A stretch of DNA of 64,000 nt from Candidatus Dormibacteria bacterium (GCA_050012735.1 JBEKGP010000003.1:13149-77148); one strand, 5' to 3'. Numbered from the stretch's first letter, positions 27,171-37,172 are shown. Made by a program: numbers and translations. Notes: generated by a model from the letters alone, not told the origin.

Positions 27171-28192
27171 CGGAGGGCCCCCGCGGTGCCGGGCCGCGAC
27201 GCGGAGCCGCGGCGCAGCAGGGCCTGGCCGCCGGCGTTGACCGCCACGGTGAGGAGGAGCAGCACGGCGCCGAGAGCGATGATCGAGCTGGTCCCGATCC
27301 CCGGAGAGGCCTCCGCGAACTGGTTGACGATGGCCGAGCCGAGGGTCGCGCCGGGCGTGGTCAGCGACTCGGGGATGGCCGGCCGGTTGCCGATCACCAT
27401 GGCCACCGCGATGCTCTCCCCCAGGGCTCGACCCACGGCCAGCGTGATCGCCGCACTGACGCCGGCGCGGGCCGCGGGGAAGACCGCGCGGCGGACCACC
27501 TGCCACCTGGTGGCGCCGAGCGCCATGGCCGCCTCACGGTCGGCGACGGGCACCGCGGCGAAGGCGGTGCCGCTCAGCGCGACCATGGTCGGCAAAGTCA
27601 TCACGGCCAGGACCACCGAGGCGAGCAGGATGCTGGGGCCGTACGCCTCACCCCGGAAGAGCCATCCGAGGAGTGGTACGGAGGCGAGGAGCGGCTCCAC
27701 CTGGTTGGCGAAGATGGGGGTCAGGACCAGGAGCCCCCAGAGCCCCACCACGATGCTGGGGACGGCGGCGAGCAGCCCGATCAGGGTTGCCAGCGGTCCG
27801 GCGATCCAGCGTGGGGCCAGCTCGGACAGGAAGATGGCGGTGCCGAGCCCGATCGGCACCATCAGCACCATGGCGACCCCGGTGGTGATCAGCGTGTCCA
27901 CCACCAGGATGCCGGCGCCGTACTGGCCGGCCGCGGGGTTCCAGGTGCCCGACCAGATGAACCCCAGACCGCTGTGCTGCAGCGCCAGCGAGGAATCGCT
28001 GCCGATGCCGATCAGAAGGCCGATGACGACGGCGCCGAACAAGCCGGCGCCGGTCCAGCGCAGTGCGCTGTAGGCGCCGTCTCCGAAGCGCGATCGTCTG
28101 CGGAGGAGTGCTGCCCGCACCCCGGCGGAGCGCCCGGGCCCGACGAACCCCGACACTGCGTCGGGGCTCGCCGGGGAGGGCTCGTAGATCAA
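27167..28192 (-). CDS. pstC: phosphate ABC transporter permease PstC
   Basis: A 341-aa polytopic permease with the loop REAAMALGATRWQ, positioned between pstS and pstA. Confidence 0.9.
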   Translation of the reverse strand: MIYEPSPASPDAVSGFVGPGRSAGVRAALLRRRSRFGDGAYSALRWTGAGLFGAVVIGLLIGIGSDSSLALQHSGLGFIWSGTWNPAAGQYGAGILVVDTLITTGVAMVLMVPIGLGTAIFLSELAPRWIAGPLATLIGLLAAVPSIVVGLWGLLVLTPIFANQVEPLLASVPLLGWLFRGEAYGPSILLASVVLAVMTLPTMVALSGTAFAAVPVADREAAMALGATRWQVVRRAVFPAARAGVSAAITLAVGRALGESIAVAMVIGNRPAIPESLTTPGATLGSAIVNQFAEASPGIGTSSIIALGAVLLLLTVAVNAGGQALLRRGSASRPGTAGALR

Positions 28193-28220
28193 CGTCCCAC
28201 CCTCATCGAAGTCGTGTCGC

Positions 28221-29429
28221 TCAGCTGGCGAAGAGCGGGGTGCCGGCCGAGCTGTCGAGCTCGAGGATGGTGCTCTGGGCCAGGGTGACCACGTTGGCGG
28301 GGAGGGGCGCGTAGCCCAGGGAGGCGGCGTCCGACTGACCGGTCGTCACCACCCAGTCGAAGAGCTTGCCCAGGGCGATCCCCGTGGCCGTGTCGGACTG
28401 CTTCTGGTACACCAGGGTCCAGCTGAAGTTGGCGATGGGGTAGGTGCCGGCTCCCGCCTGGTTGACCACGTTGAAGTCGGTCGGGCTGAGGCTGGTCGCC
28501 TGGGCTCCCGCCGCGGCGATCGACTTCTCGCTCGGGGCCACGTACGAGCCCGCCGAGTTGAGGATGGCGGCGTTGACGAAGCCGTTCTGGAGGGCGTAGC
28601 CGTATTCGACGAAGCCGATGGACCCGCTGGTCTGGCTGATGTAGGTGGCGACACCGGTGTTGAGCTGCTCTCCGATGCCGACGCTGGCCTGAGGCCAGGT
28701 CCGGGAGGGAGTCGAGGTGCCGATCGCCGTCACCCAGGCGGGGGCGGTGTCGATGAGGTACTGGTCGAGGTCATAGCCCGGGCCCGAGGAATCGGCTCGG
28801 TGGACCGCCTTGATCGCCAGGTTGGGCAGGTTGGTGACGCCGGAGACCGCGGCGATCGCGGGGTCGTCCCAGTTGGTGATGCTCCCGTCGAAGATCCCTG
28901 CCAGGGTCGGACCGTTCAGCTTGAGGTTCGCGGGCACTCCAGGCGCGTTGTAGCTGATCGCGACGCCGCCCAAGTCCACCGGGATCTGCAGCACGGTGCC
29001 CCCGGTCGCGGCGGTGAGTTGCGACGCCGTCATGGGGATCTCCGAGTCCCCGAAGTTGACGGTCCCCTGCTGGATGTCGGTGACGCCCACGCTGGAGCCT
29101 GCCGGCGAGTAGTTGACCGTCGTGTTGGCGTTCTTCTGGTTGTACTGATAAAAGATGGTCTCGAAGAACGGCTCGATGGAGTTGGCACCGGCGCCGGTCA
29201 GGGTCACCGACGACGCGGTCGTCGTGTCGTAGCTGGCCCCCAGCAGGTTCGCCGACGCCGGGGTGGCTGTCGCGGCCGTGGATGCCTTTGTCGTCGGGCT
29301 GGCGCTCGTGGACCCGCAGGCGGCGACGACGACGGAGATGGCGAGGACGGCGACCGGACCGGCGACGCGGAATGACAACGCCTTCGTGGCCGGGCCTGAC
29401 GTGGTGTGCTTGAAACCGTGGGCGCTCAC
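28221..29429 (-). CDS. pstS: phosphate-binding lipoprotein PstS
   Basis: It has a signal peptide with lipobox VVAAC and periplasmic-binding-protein motifs (TLTGAGANS, SxxG, ADSSG). It is the first gene of pstSCAB. Confidence 0.9.
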   Translation of the reverse strand: MSAHGFKHTTSGPATKALSFRVAGPVAVLAISVVVAACGSTSASPTTKASTAATATPASANLLGASYDTTTASSVTLTGAGANSIEPFFETIFYQYNQKNANTTVNYSPAGSSVGVTDIQQGTVNFGDSEIPMTASQLTAATGGTVLQIPVDLGGVAISYNAPGVPANLKLNGPTLAGIFDGSITNWDDPAIAAVSGVTNLPNLAIKAVHRADSSGPGYDLDQYLIDTAPAWVTAIGTSTPSRTWPQASVGIGEQLNTGVATYISQTSGSIGFVEYGYALQNGFVNAAILNSAGSYVAPSEKSIAAAGAQATSLSPTDFNVVNQAGAGTYPIANFSWTLVYQKQSDTATGIALGKLFDWVVTTGQSDAASLGYAPLPANVVTLAQSTILELDSSAGTPLFAS

Positions 29430-29443
29430 TGTTATCCCCTCTC

Positions 29444-29463
29444 AGGTGCGGTTAGGTGCGGCT
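29444..29463. repeat. tandem 10-nt direct repeat AGGTGCGGTT/AGGTGCGGCT in the pstS leader
   Basis: Seen directly in the sequence. On the coding strand it reads TAGCCGCACC TAACCGCACC, lying between the predicted -10 and the GAGAGGGG ribosome-binding site. Confidence 0.7.
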
Positions 29464-29472
29464 AACCCCAAA

Positions 29473-29501
29473 ACCATAGCTTCGATAGAGAATCTGGCCA
29501 A
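29473..29501 (-). promoter_or_regulatory. candidate sigma-70-type promoter of pstSCAB
   Basis: The minus strand reads TTGGCC, a 17-nt spacer, then TATGGT, inside a local AT-rich patch about 45 nt upstream of the GTG start. Confidence 0.4.
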
Positions 29502-29677
29502 TCCCCAAGATTCGGTGGTCGGGCAATCTGTTCGGAGGGGCGACCCCGGGTGGCGGAACCCCACGGGGCCCCGACGAGCCGGCGTCGGCCTCGAGCTGGC
29601 CGAGGCCGTTCCGGTCAGGGTTCGGCGCGCCGCTCGAGCGGTCGCGGCCAGGTCCCGGGCGCTATGCTCGCTCCGCC

Positions 29678-30073
29678 GTGGCCCCACGAGACTCCCCCGC
29701 CGCGCCGACCCGGAAGGTGCTGATCGTCGAGGACTACTACGCCCTCGCCGACATCGAGTCGCTGCTCTGCACCATGGAGGGCCATGAGGTCAGGGTGGCC
29801 AAGACCGGTGACGAGGGCCTGGCCGCCGTCGCGGAGTTTCAGCCGGACCTGGTTCTCCTCGACCTCATGCTCCCCGGGGAGTTGACCGGTACGCAGGTGC
29901 TGGAGCGGATCAGGTCGGATCACGGTCAGACCCCCAAGGTCCTGGTCGTCAGCGCCCTTGTCAACCCTGCGACCGCAGTCCAGCTGGAGGCCTTCGGCAA
30001 CGTCCAGACCCTCGCCAAGCCCTTCAAGATCAAGGACCTCAGCAGCCGCATCCAGGCGATGCTCGCGCCGTAG
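29678..30073 (+). CDS. single-domain CheY-like response regulator
   Basis: 131 aa containing a receiver domain only (KVLIVEDYY...DLVLLDLMLPG...VVSA...AKPF). It is divergent from pstS. Confidence 0.85.
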   Translation: MAPRDSPAAPTRKVLIVEDYYALADIESLLCTMEGHEVRVAKTGDEGLAAVAEFQPDLVLLDLMLPGELTGTQVLERIRSDHGQTPKVLVVSALVNPATAVQLEAFGNVQTLAKPFKIKDLSSRIQAMLAP

Positions 30074-30251
30074 CGCAAAGTTGGGTATTGCCAAGACGCG
30101 CTAAGCCATGCAACATACCCCGGCAACCGGGATGGCCGCCATGGGGATGGGAGCTCCCGGCTCACGCGAGGTAGTCAGCTATGGCCGCAGCTGTCGATGT
30201 CGGACTGTCCACGCCGGTGCCCGACACCGTGCGGCCCTGGGAAGATAGGCC

Positions 30252-32009
30252 ATGACAGCCGTCACGCAAGCCGGAGGTCCTCCCGGGGGTCTGGTTGACG
30301 AGGGCTTGAAGCGGGAGGTCGGTTTCCTGGGCCTGATGTGGGCCTCGGAGGGATCGATCATCGGTTCTGGATGGCTGTTCGGGGCCCTGACCGCCACCGT
30401 CCTGGCCGGCCCCGCGGTGGTCTTCTCCTGGATCATCGCCTCGGCCATCGTCATCCTCCTCGCTCTCATCCACGCCGAGCTGGGGGGGATCTTCAACGTC
30501 AGTGGCGGGACCAGCCGCTTCCCCCACTACGCGTTCGGCAGCCTGGCCGGAGCATCCTTCGGCTGGTTCTCCTATCTCCAGGCTGCGACCGTCGCGCCGG
30601 TCGAGGTCCTCGCCACCGTCCAGTACTTCTCGGGGGTCTCGTGGGCCTCCAACTGGTACGACGGCAAGACCAACACCCTGAGCGGCCTCGGGATCGTGGT
30701 GGCCCTGGTGCTGCTCGTGATCTTCGCCGCCATCAACCTGATGGGCATCAAGTGGCTGTCGAGGAGCAACACCTGGATCACCAGCCTGAAGGTCTTCGTC
30801 CCGATCCTCGCCATCGTCGTGCTTTTCACCACCCACTTTCACGTCAGCAACTTCTCAGCCCTGGGTGGATTCTTCCTCAAGGGGGCCGACGTCCCCATGA
30901 CCATCATGAAGGCCATCCCGGCAGGCGGCATCGTCTTCTCCCTGCTCGGTTTCGAGCAGGCGGTGCAGCTCGGAGGTGAGAGCAGCAACCCCAAGCGGGA
31001 CATCCCGCGCGCGGTCATCGGCGCCACCCTCATCGGGGCCCTGATCTACATCCTCGTGCAGTTCGCCTTCATCGGCGCGCTGGCTCCGGCGACGCTCGCC
31101 CACTCCTCCACCTGGGCCACCCTCGGCACCAACAACCCGGCGCTCGCGCAAGCCCCGTACGCCACCCTGGCGACCATCGCGGGACTGGGCTGGCTCGCCG
31201 TGATCCTCCGGATCGACGCGGTGATCTCCCCCGGTGGCACCGGGCTCATCTACAACACGACGACCTCGCGCCTCTCGTTCGGCCTCAGCAAGAACGGGTT
31301 CGTCCCAAGGGTCTTCGAGGCCACCAGCAAGGGGGCCAGGGTGCCGGTCTTCGGCATCGTCATCGCGGCCATCGTCGGCGCACTCTTCCTGCTCCCTTTC
31401 CCGGCCTGGAGTGAGCTGATCGGCCTGGTCACCGGCGCCTCAGTGCTGATGTACGCGGGAGCGCCGCTCGCGCTCGGTGCACTGCGCCACTCCAAGCCTG
31501 ATCTCCGCCGTCCCTACATGCTGCCCCTCGCGGCCTTCCTCTGCCCGCTGGCCTTCATCTGCGCCAATGAGGTTGTCTACTGGGCAGGCTGGCAGACGTA
31601 CAGCACCCTGATGGTGGCCGTCGCCATCGGATACGTCCTCATGCTCATCTCCGCAGCTTTCAAGCTCAACCCCAACGCGCCGAAGATCGACTGGATCGCG
31701 GGGGTCTGGATCTTCCCCTACCTGATCGGGATGGGTGTCATCTCCTTCTTCGGGCAGTTCGGCACCGGGGGGATCATCGGAGGAGTCGGTCCCTTCAAGA
31801 ACTTCATGGTTGGCGGCACCGGCTTCATCCCCGGCGACGTCGGCATTCCGTTCTGGTGGGACCTGGCTGTCGTCGCCGTCTTCAGCCTCGTCATCTACTA
31901 CACGGCCATGCACTTCCGTATCTCCGAGGCGCAGGTGGACGCGTACGCCTCCGACCTCTACGCGCCCGAGGGCGAGGTCGAGAACCAGGTGGCCGGCGCG
32001 CTCCACTGA
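30252..32009 (+). CDS. APC superfamily amino acid/polyamine permease
   Basis: 585 aa with about 12-14 TM segments. The N-terminal signature is LMWASEGSIIGSGWLFGAL. Confidence 0.85.
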   Translation: MTAVTQAGGPPGGLVDEGLKREVGFLGLMWASEGSIIGSGWLFGALTATVLAGPAVVFSWIIASAIVILLALIHAELGGIFNVSGGTSRFPHYAFGSLAGASFGWFSYLQAATVAPVEVLATVQYFSGVSWASNWYDGKTNTLSGLGIVVALVLLVIFAAINLMGIKWLSRSNTWITSLKVFVPILAIVVLFTTHFHVSNFSALGGFFLKGADVPMTIMKAIPAGGIVFSLLGFEQAVQLGGESSNPKRDIPRAVIGATLIGALIYILVQFAFIGALAPATLAHSSTWATLGTNNPALAQAPYATLATIAGLGWLAVILRIDAVISPGGTGLIYNTTTSRLSFGLSKNGFVPRVFEATSKGARVPVFGIVIAAIVGALFLLPFPAWSELIGLVTGASVLMYAGAPLALGALRHSKPDLRRPYMLPLAAFLCPLAFICANEVVYWAGWQTYSTLMVAVAIGYVLMLISAAFKLNPNAPKIDWIAGVWIFPYLIGMGVISFFGQFGTGGIIGGVGPFKNFMVGGTGFIPGDVGIPFWWDLAVVAVFSLVIYYTAMHFRISEAQVDAYASDLYAPEGEVENQVAGALH

Positions 32010-32052
32010 CCGACCGACCGCCGCCCGGCCCGCGCGTGCGGTGCCGGATCAG

Positions 32053-32082
32053 GTGGGGAGGGCCATCGACGGCCCTCTCCAC
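32053..32082 (+). terminator. stem-loop downstream of the permease gene (12-bp stem with one G-U, 6-nt loop, no U-tract)
   Basis: The sequence is GTGGGGAGGGCC atcgac GGCCCTCTCCAC, 44 nt after the stop codon. Confidence 0.45.
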
Positions 32083-32247
32083 CGCGGCGGGGCGCATCGT
32101 CGCCGCCGCGCTCGGGTGGACCCTCGGGGCAGTGCTCCCATGGATTGGGTAGCCGGGGTGTAACCTGCTGCGGTCGTCAGCTTTCAGGCCACGATCACGA
32201 CAGCGGAGCACGCGCCGAAACGGTCGTCACTCACGGAAGGGGCCACC

Positions 32248-33471
32248 ATGATCAGACGAATGGGAGCCGGTGGGATCGCCGGTCTGGTGCTGGTCCTGGC
32301 ATCCTGCGGTTCAGCCACCCCGGCGAGCACCCCCAGCCCGACGGCAGTGGCGACCAGCACTCCACTTCACACGACCACGCCGTCACCGAGTGCGACCCCC
32401 ACCCCGCTCACGGCCTGCGCCACCGCCCCGGCCGGTGGGACGCCGGCGGCCTGGGGCTTCGCCGTCACCCAGGGCTCGGAGATCGACGTGCTCAGCACCA
32501 ACGGCTCCGTGCTCAACCAGACACCCAATGGCGGCTACGGCTCCACGGCACCCGTGGAGGTCGGGGTGGGCCAGGCCGGGGTGTATCTCTATGACGAGAG
32601 CACAGGAGAGCTGAGCGTCCTCGGCAAGACCGGCGCCTCCCAGGACCTCGGAACCCTGACGCCCACGGGCGGGTGGAGCAACACCGACACCGTCAGCCTG
32701 GCCGAGTCGCCCAGCGGCACCTGCTGGATCTTCTCAGCCGTCTCCTATGACGCCAGCGCCAACTCGACGACCGAGCTGTGGATCGGGGGTCCCGGGATCA
32801 GCCCGCCGTCCCTCGTCACCACTCTCCACAGGTCCAACACCACCTCGACCGGAGAAGCTGCCGGCGGTTACCAGGCGCTTCGCTGGGACCCCTCGGGCGT
32901 GCTGCTCGGTTCGTATCCCACGGAGGTCGGCGGTGCCGGGCCGTTCATCGACGAGGACTACTCGTTCTCGGTCGTGGTGAGCATGGATGCGGCGACCGGC
33001 GCGGTGTCCGCGCCGCTCTGCAGCAGCGGGCAGTTCGCGGACGAAGCACCGGATGGCACCCTCGCATGCCTCATCGGACTGAACACGGATGCCAAGATCG
33101 TCGTGACCAAGCCCAGCGGAGCGACGACGACCGTCGACACCGGTTTGGCCTCGGCGGGACAGGTGGCCTTCGTGGGCGGCACGTCAGCCGAACTCACGTA
33201 CTGCACCTCCGCCACCACCAGCAGCGGTGGCTGGAGCGAGAACCTCCTGTCGGTGCAGCTCGGGGGGCAGAACCCGTCGCCCACGACGCTCGCCTCCGAC
33301 GCCCCCTATGGGCAGCTCGAGGGCCCCTACGCCTGGACCAAGCTGGTGAGCACGACCTCCATCGCCGAGCTTCTCGGTGGCACTGGACCCACGTCGCTGG
33401 GGGAGGTCAACCTCAGCACCGGTCAGACCACCACCGTCGCTCCCGCCGACAGCATTCTCGGGGTGCTTTAG
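32248..33471 (+). CDS. putative secreted lipoprotein, function unknown
   Basis: The N-terminus has a signal peptide with lipobox LASC, then a Pro/Thr/Ser linker and a Ser/Thr/Gly-rich beta-type body. Confidence 0.6.
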   Translation: MIRRMGAGGIAGLVLVLASCGSATPASTPSPTAVATSTPLHTTTPSPSATPTPLTACATAPAGGTPAAWGFAVTQGSEIDVLSTNGSVLNQTPNGGYGSTAPVEVGVGQAGVYLYDESTGELSVLGKTGASQDLGTLTPTGGWSNTDTVSLAESPSGTCWIFSAVSYDASANSTTELWIGGPGISPPSLVTTLHRSNTTSTGEAAGGYQALRWDPSGVLLGSYPTEVGGAGPFIDEDYSFSVVVSMDAATGAVSAPLCSSGQFADEAPDGTLACLIGLNTDAKIVVTKPSGATTTVDTGLASAGQVAFVGGTSAELTYCTSATTSSGGWSENLLSVQLGGQNPSPTTLASDAPYGQLEGPYAWTKLVSTTSIAELLGGTGPTSLGEVNLSTGQTTTVAPADSILGVL

Positions 33472-36400
33472 GCGGCCGCCTCCGGCGCGCCCGGACCGGC
33501 TCCGTCCTCGAAGCGGCTCCCGTACACGGCGAAGTAGCGCGCCTCCGGATGGTGGAGAACGATCGCGGCGGTGGACTGCTCCGGCACCATCTGGAATCCC
33601 TCGGTGAGGGTGACCCCGATCCGCTCCGCCGGGACGATCCGGAAGAAGACCTGGTGGTCCTGGAGATCGGGACAGGCCGGGTAGCCCCAGGAGTAGCGGC
33701 GGCCCTGGTCCGGGCCGAGCCCGAGCTCGCGGCGGATGTGGGCGTGGATGTACTCCGCGGTGGCCTCGGCCATCTGGGTGGCGAATCCGTGAATGCGGAG
33801 CATGTCGTCGTAGTCGCCCTTGACCTGGAGCTGGTTGGAAACCTCGCTGGCGCGCGGCCCGGTGGTCACCACCTGGAGCGCGATGACGTCACGCTCGGTG
33901 CCGACGGCCAGCTCGCGTGGCCGCACGTAGTCGGCGAGGCAGAGGCGGTGCTGCTCGCCCTGGCGCGGGAAGGTGAATCGCGCGATCTCGCGCTCGTGGT
34001 CCTCGGGATCAAAGACGACGACGGCGTCGCCGTCGGCCAGCGCCGGCCAATAGCCGTAGACGGCCTGCAGGTCGAGCCAGCCCTCCCGCTGGGCCTCATG
34101 TATCGATCTGTCCAGGCGGGGCTCCAGCTCGGTGCGCACCAGCTCGTCCCACCGCTGCGGGTCGTGGACCCCGCGGAACTGCCAGCTCATCTTGAAGAGC
34201 GAGTTGCGATCGATGTGCGGGTACACCGCCTGGGCGTTGATGCCGGTCACCACCTGCGGGCCCCAGAAGGGTGGCGTGGGGATGGGCGCGTCCGTCCGCG
34301 TGGCGCTGCGCGCACTGACCACGATGTTGGGAAGCTCGGCCTTGGCGGCCGCCTTGATCCGCTCTTGCTCACGGAAGGCGAGCGCCTCGGCGCGGACACG
34401 CTCCAGGAGCGGCACGCGACGCTCCGGATCGACGAGCTGGTCGCAGGTCTCCAGCCCCTCAAACGCGTCCTTGCAGTAGAAGACGCCGGGCTCGTAGGCA
34501 CGGTCCGGGTCGAGGTAGAGGATGCGCCGGCCGAATCCTCGATTGATGGCGGCACCACCGATGATCACGGGGTAGCCGAGACCGCGGCGTTCGAGCTCCT
34601 CGACCATCATCGGCATCTGCTTGCTGGTGCTGACCAGCAGCGCGCTCAATCCGATCACGTCCGCGTCGACCTCGATGGCCTTCTCGACGATGGTCGTCAG
34701 AGGCACCTGCTTGCCGAGATCGTGGACGGTGTACCCGTTATTGCTGAGGATGGTCTTGACCAGGTTCTTGCCGATGTCGTGCACATCGCCGAAGACGGTG
34801 GCCAGCACCACCTGGCCCTTGGTGTAGCCCTCGGTCCGGTCTAGGTACTGCTCCAGGTGGGCCACGGCGCGCTTCATCACCTCGGCGCTCTGCAGGACAA
34901 AGGGCAAGATCAGCTCCCCCGCTCCGAAGCGGTCACCGACGTCCTTCATGGCCGGGAGGAGGATCTCGTTGAGCACGCTGATCGCGCTCCGGTCACGGAG
35001 CGCCTCGTCGATCAGTGCCTCGATCCCCTCCTTGCGGCGGTGGAGGATCTGGGCGTGGAGGCGCTCGGGTGCGGCGAGTCCGGCGAAGGGGTCGACCTTC
35101 TCCGCCCCGACCCGCTCGGTCACCCCCGAGAAGTGGTCGATGTAGCGGGAGAGCGCATCCGGCCGGCGGTTGAAGATGAGGTCCTCGGCGAGCTGTCGCC
35201 GCTCCTCGCTGATCTCGGCGTAGGGGACCGTCTGGGCGGGATTGATGATGGCCGCGTCGAGGCCCGCCTGGACACAGTGGTAGAGGAAGACGCTGTTGAG
35301 CACGGCCCGGGCCGGTGGCGTCAGACCGAACGAGACGTTGCTCACCCCGAGCGAGGTGAGCACGCCGGGCAGCTCCCGCTTGATCAGGCGAATGCCTTCG
35401 ATCGTCTCCACCGCCGAGTCGATCCACTCGGCGTCCCCCGTCGCCAGGGTGAAGGTGAGGTCGTCGAAGAGCAGCTGGTCGGGTGACAGCCCGTACTCGC
35501 CGCAGGCGATGTCGCGGATGCGACGCGCCACCTCGAGCTTGCGCTCGCGGGTCCTCGCCATCCCCTGCTCGTCGATGGTCAGGGCTATGACGCACTGCCC
35601 ATGGTCGCGGACCAGGGGCAGCAGTGCCTCGCAGCGGGCGCGCCCATTCTCGAGGTTGACCGAGTTGACGATGCCGCGGCCCGGGTAGGCCTCCAGAGCG
35701 CGCCGGATGACCAGCGCATCGGTGGAGTCGAAGACGAGCGGCGCCTCGATCGCCTGCTGGAGAGCCTTGACGGCGGTCGCCATCTGATCGCCCTCGTCGC
35801 TCCGTTCGGTGAGGGCGACGCAGACGTCGAGAGCGTGGGCTCCGCCCTCCACCTGACCCAGGGCCACCCGGACGACGCCGTCGTAGTCGTCGGCGAGCAG
35901 CAGCTCCTTGATCTTCCGCGACCCCTGAGCGTTGACCCGCTCACCGATGAGCAGTGGCTTCGGCTCCTGGTCCAGGTCGGTGGCGCGGATGCTGGAGGCG
36001 AGCCGCGGGCGCTCCTGGACGTCACGCGAAACCGGGTTCGTCCCGCCCACGCGGCGGACCAGAGCTGCGATGTGCGCCGGGGTGGTGCCGCAGCAGCCGC
36101 CCACCACGTTGACCCCCAGGTCTCGGACAAACTCCTCGAGCTGGTCGGCCATCGGCTCCGGCTGCATCGGGTAGTGGGCGCGGCCGCCGACGTTGATGGG
36201 CAGGCCGGCGTTGGGGATGCAGGAGATGGGCAGCCGGGTGTTCTCGGCGAGGTAGCGGATCGGCTCTCGCATGTACTCGGGACCGGTCGAGCAGTTGAGC
36301 CCGACCACGTCCACGTGCAGCGACTCCAAGATGGCGAGGACGGCGGCGATGTCGGTGCCGAGGAGCATCCGGCCGGAGACGTCGAGCGTCGCCTGGGCCT

Positions 36401-36983
36401 GGATGGGGACGTGGCGGCCCGTGCTCTCGAAGGCCTCGCGGGCCGCGAAGATCTCTGCCTTGACCTCCAGGATGTCCTGGCTCGTCTCGATGATGAGCAG
36501 ATCGGAGCCACCGTCGAGCAGCCCCTCGGCCTGCTCGCGGAAGGCCGCGACCAGCTCCCCGAAAGTGATCCGTCCCAGGCTCGGGTCGCTGCTTGCGGGC
36601 AGGAAGCCGGACGGTCCCATGCTGCCGGCGACGAAACGTGGCTGTTCGGCGGTGGAGTGCTCGTCGGCGAGCCGCCGGGCCAGCCGCGCCGCCTTCTCGT
36701 TGAGCTCTCGCGCCCGCTCCCCGGCACCCCATTCGGCCAGGCGGAGGGGGGTGGACTGGAACGTGCAGGTTTCGATGACGTCGGCGCCGACCTCGAGGAA
36801 GGATCGGTGGAGCCGTTCGACCAGGTCGGGGCTGTGCAGCACCAGGCCGTCCACCCAGCCCTCCAGGGCCGCCCCGCCGAACTGCGCGGGCGTGGGGTCC
36901 ATGGCTTGGAGATTGGTTCCGACCGCGCCGTCGAAGACCAGGACGCGGTGGCTCAGGGCCTCGAGGTAGGGACTACCACTCAT
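33468..36983 (-). CDS. metH: cobalamin-dependent methionine synthase
   Basis: 1171 aa with all modules in order: Hcy-binding (GTNLQ...GGCCGTTP), pterin-binding, B12-binding (VFGDVHDIGKN), and AdoMet activation domain. Confidence 0.97.
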   Translation of the reverse strand: MSGSPYLEALSHRVLVFDGAVGTNLQAMDPTPAQFGGAALEGWVDGLVLHSPDLVERLHRSFLEVGADVIETCTFQSTPLRLAEWGAGERARELNEKAARLARRLADEHSTAEQPRFVAGSMGPSGFLPASSDPSLGRITFGELVAAFREQAEGLLDGGSDLLIIETSQDILEVKAEIFAAREAFESTGRHVPIQAQATLDVSGRMLLGTDIAAVLAILESLHVDVVGLNCSTGPEYMREPIRYLAENTRLPISCIPNAGLPINVGGRAHYPMQPEPMADQLEEFVRDLGVNVVGGCCGTTPAHIAALVRRVGGTNPVSRDVQERPRLASSIRATDLDQEPKPLLIGERVNAQGSRKIKELLLADDYDGVVRVALGQVEGGAHALDVCVALTERSDEGDQMATAVKALQQAIEAPLVFDSTDALVIRRALEAYPGRGIVNSVNLENGRARCEALLPLVRDHGQCVIALTIDEQGMARTRERKLEVARRIRDIACGEYGLSPDQLLFDDLTFTLATGDAEWIDSAVETIEGIRLIKRELPGVLTSLGVSNVSFGLTPPARAVLNSVFLYHCVQAGLDAAIINPAQTVPYAEISEERRQLAEDLIFNRRPDALSRYIDHFSGVTERVGAEKVDPFAGLAAPERLHAQILHRRKEGIEALIDEALRDRSAISVLNEILLPAMKDVGDRFGAGELILPFVLQSAEVMKRAVAHLEQYLDRTEGYTKGQVVLATVFGDVHDIGKNLVKTILSNNGYTVHDLGKQVPLTTIVEKAIEVDADVIGLSALLVSTSKQMPMMVEELERRGLGYPVIIGGAAINRGFGRRILYLDPDRAYEPGVFYCKDAFEGLETCDQLVDPERRVPLLERVRAEALAFREQERIKAAAKAELPNIVVSARSATRTDAPIPTPPFWGPQVVTGINAQAVYPHIDRNSLFKMSWQFRGVHDPQRWDELVRTELEPRLDRSIHEAQREGWLDLQAVYGYWPALADGDAVVVFDPEDHEREIARFTFPRQGEQHRLCLADYVRPRELAVGTERDVIALQVVTTGPRASEVSNQLQVKGDYDDMLRIHGFATQMAEATAEYIHAHIRRELGLGPDQGRRYSWGYPACPDLQDHQVFFRIVPAERIGVTLTEGFQMVPEQSTAAIVLHHPEARYFAVYGSRFEDGAGPGAPEAAA

Positions 36984-37055
36984 GGGTTTGCACTTTAGAT
37001 GCGAACCTCATTGGCGGGGTGAGGCGAGCGCGGCTGAGCCGCGCCGCCGAGGGGC

Positions 37056-37107
37056 GGCGAGCCCCTCTGAGAATAATGGGGGTCCCCACGCGGCCTGCCG
37101 CGTGGGG
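37056..37107. repeat. intergenic composite repeat, copy A, ending in a perfect hairpin CCCCACGCGG-cctg-CCGCGTGGGG
   Basis: The copy reads GGCGAGCCCCTCTGAGAATAATGGGGGTCCCCACGCGGCCTGCCGCGTGGGG. The 24-nt hairpin spans 37084..37107. Confidence 0.85.
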
Positions 37108-37110
37108 CAC

Positions 37111-37172
37111 GGCGAGCCCCTGTAAGAATGGCAGGCGTCCCCACGCGTCCCCACGCGGCCTGCCGCGTGGGG
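37111..37172. repeat. intergenic composite repeat, copy B, with the identical 24-nt hairpin
   Basis: The copy reads GGCGAGCCCCTGTAAGAATGGCAGGCGTCCCCACGCGTCCCCACGCGGCCTGCCGCGTGGGG. The hairpin spans 37149..37172. Confidence 0.85.
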
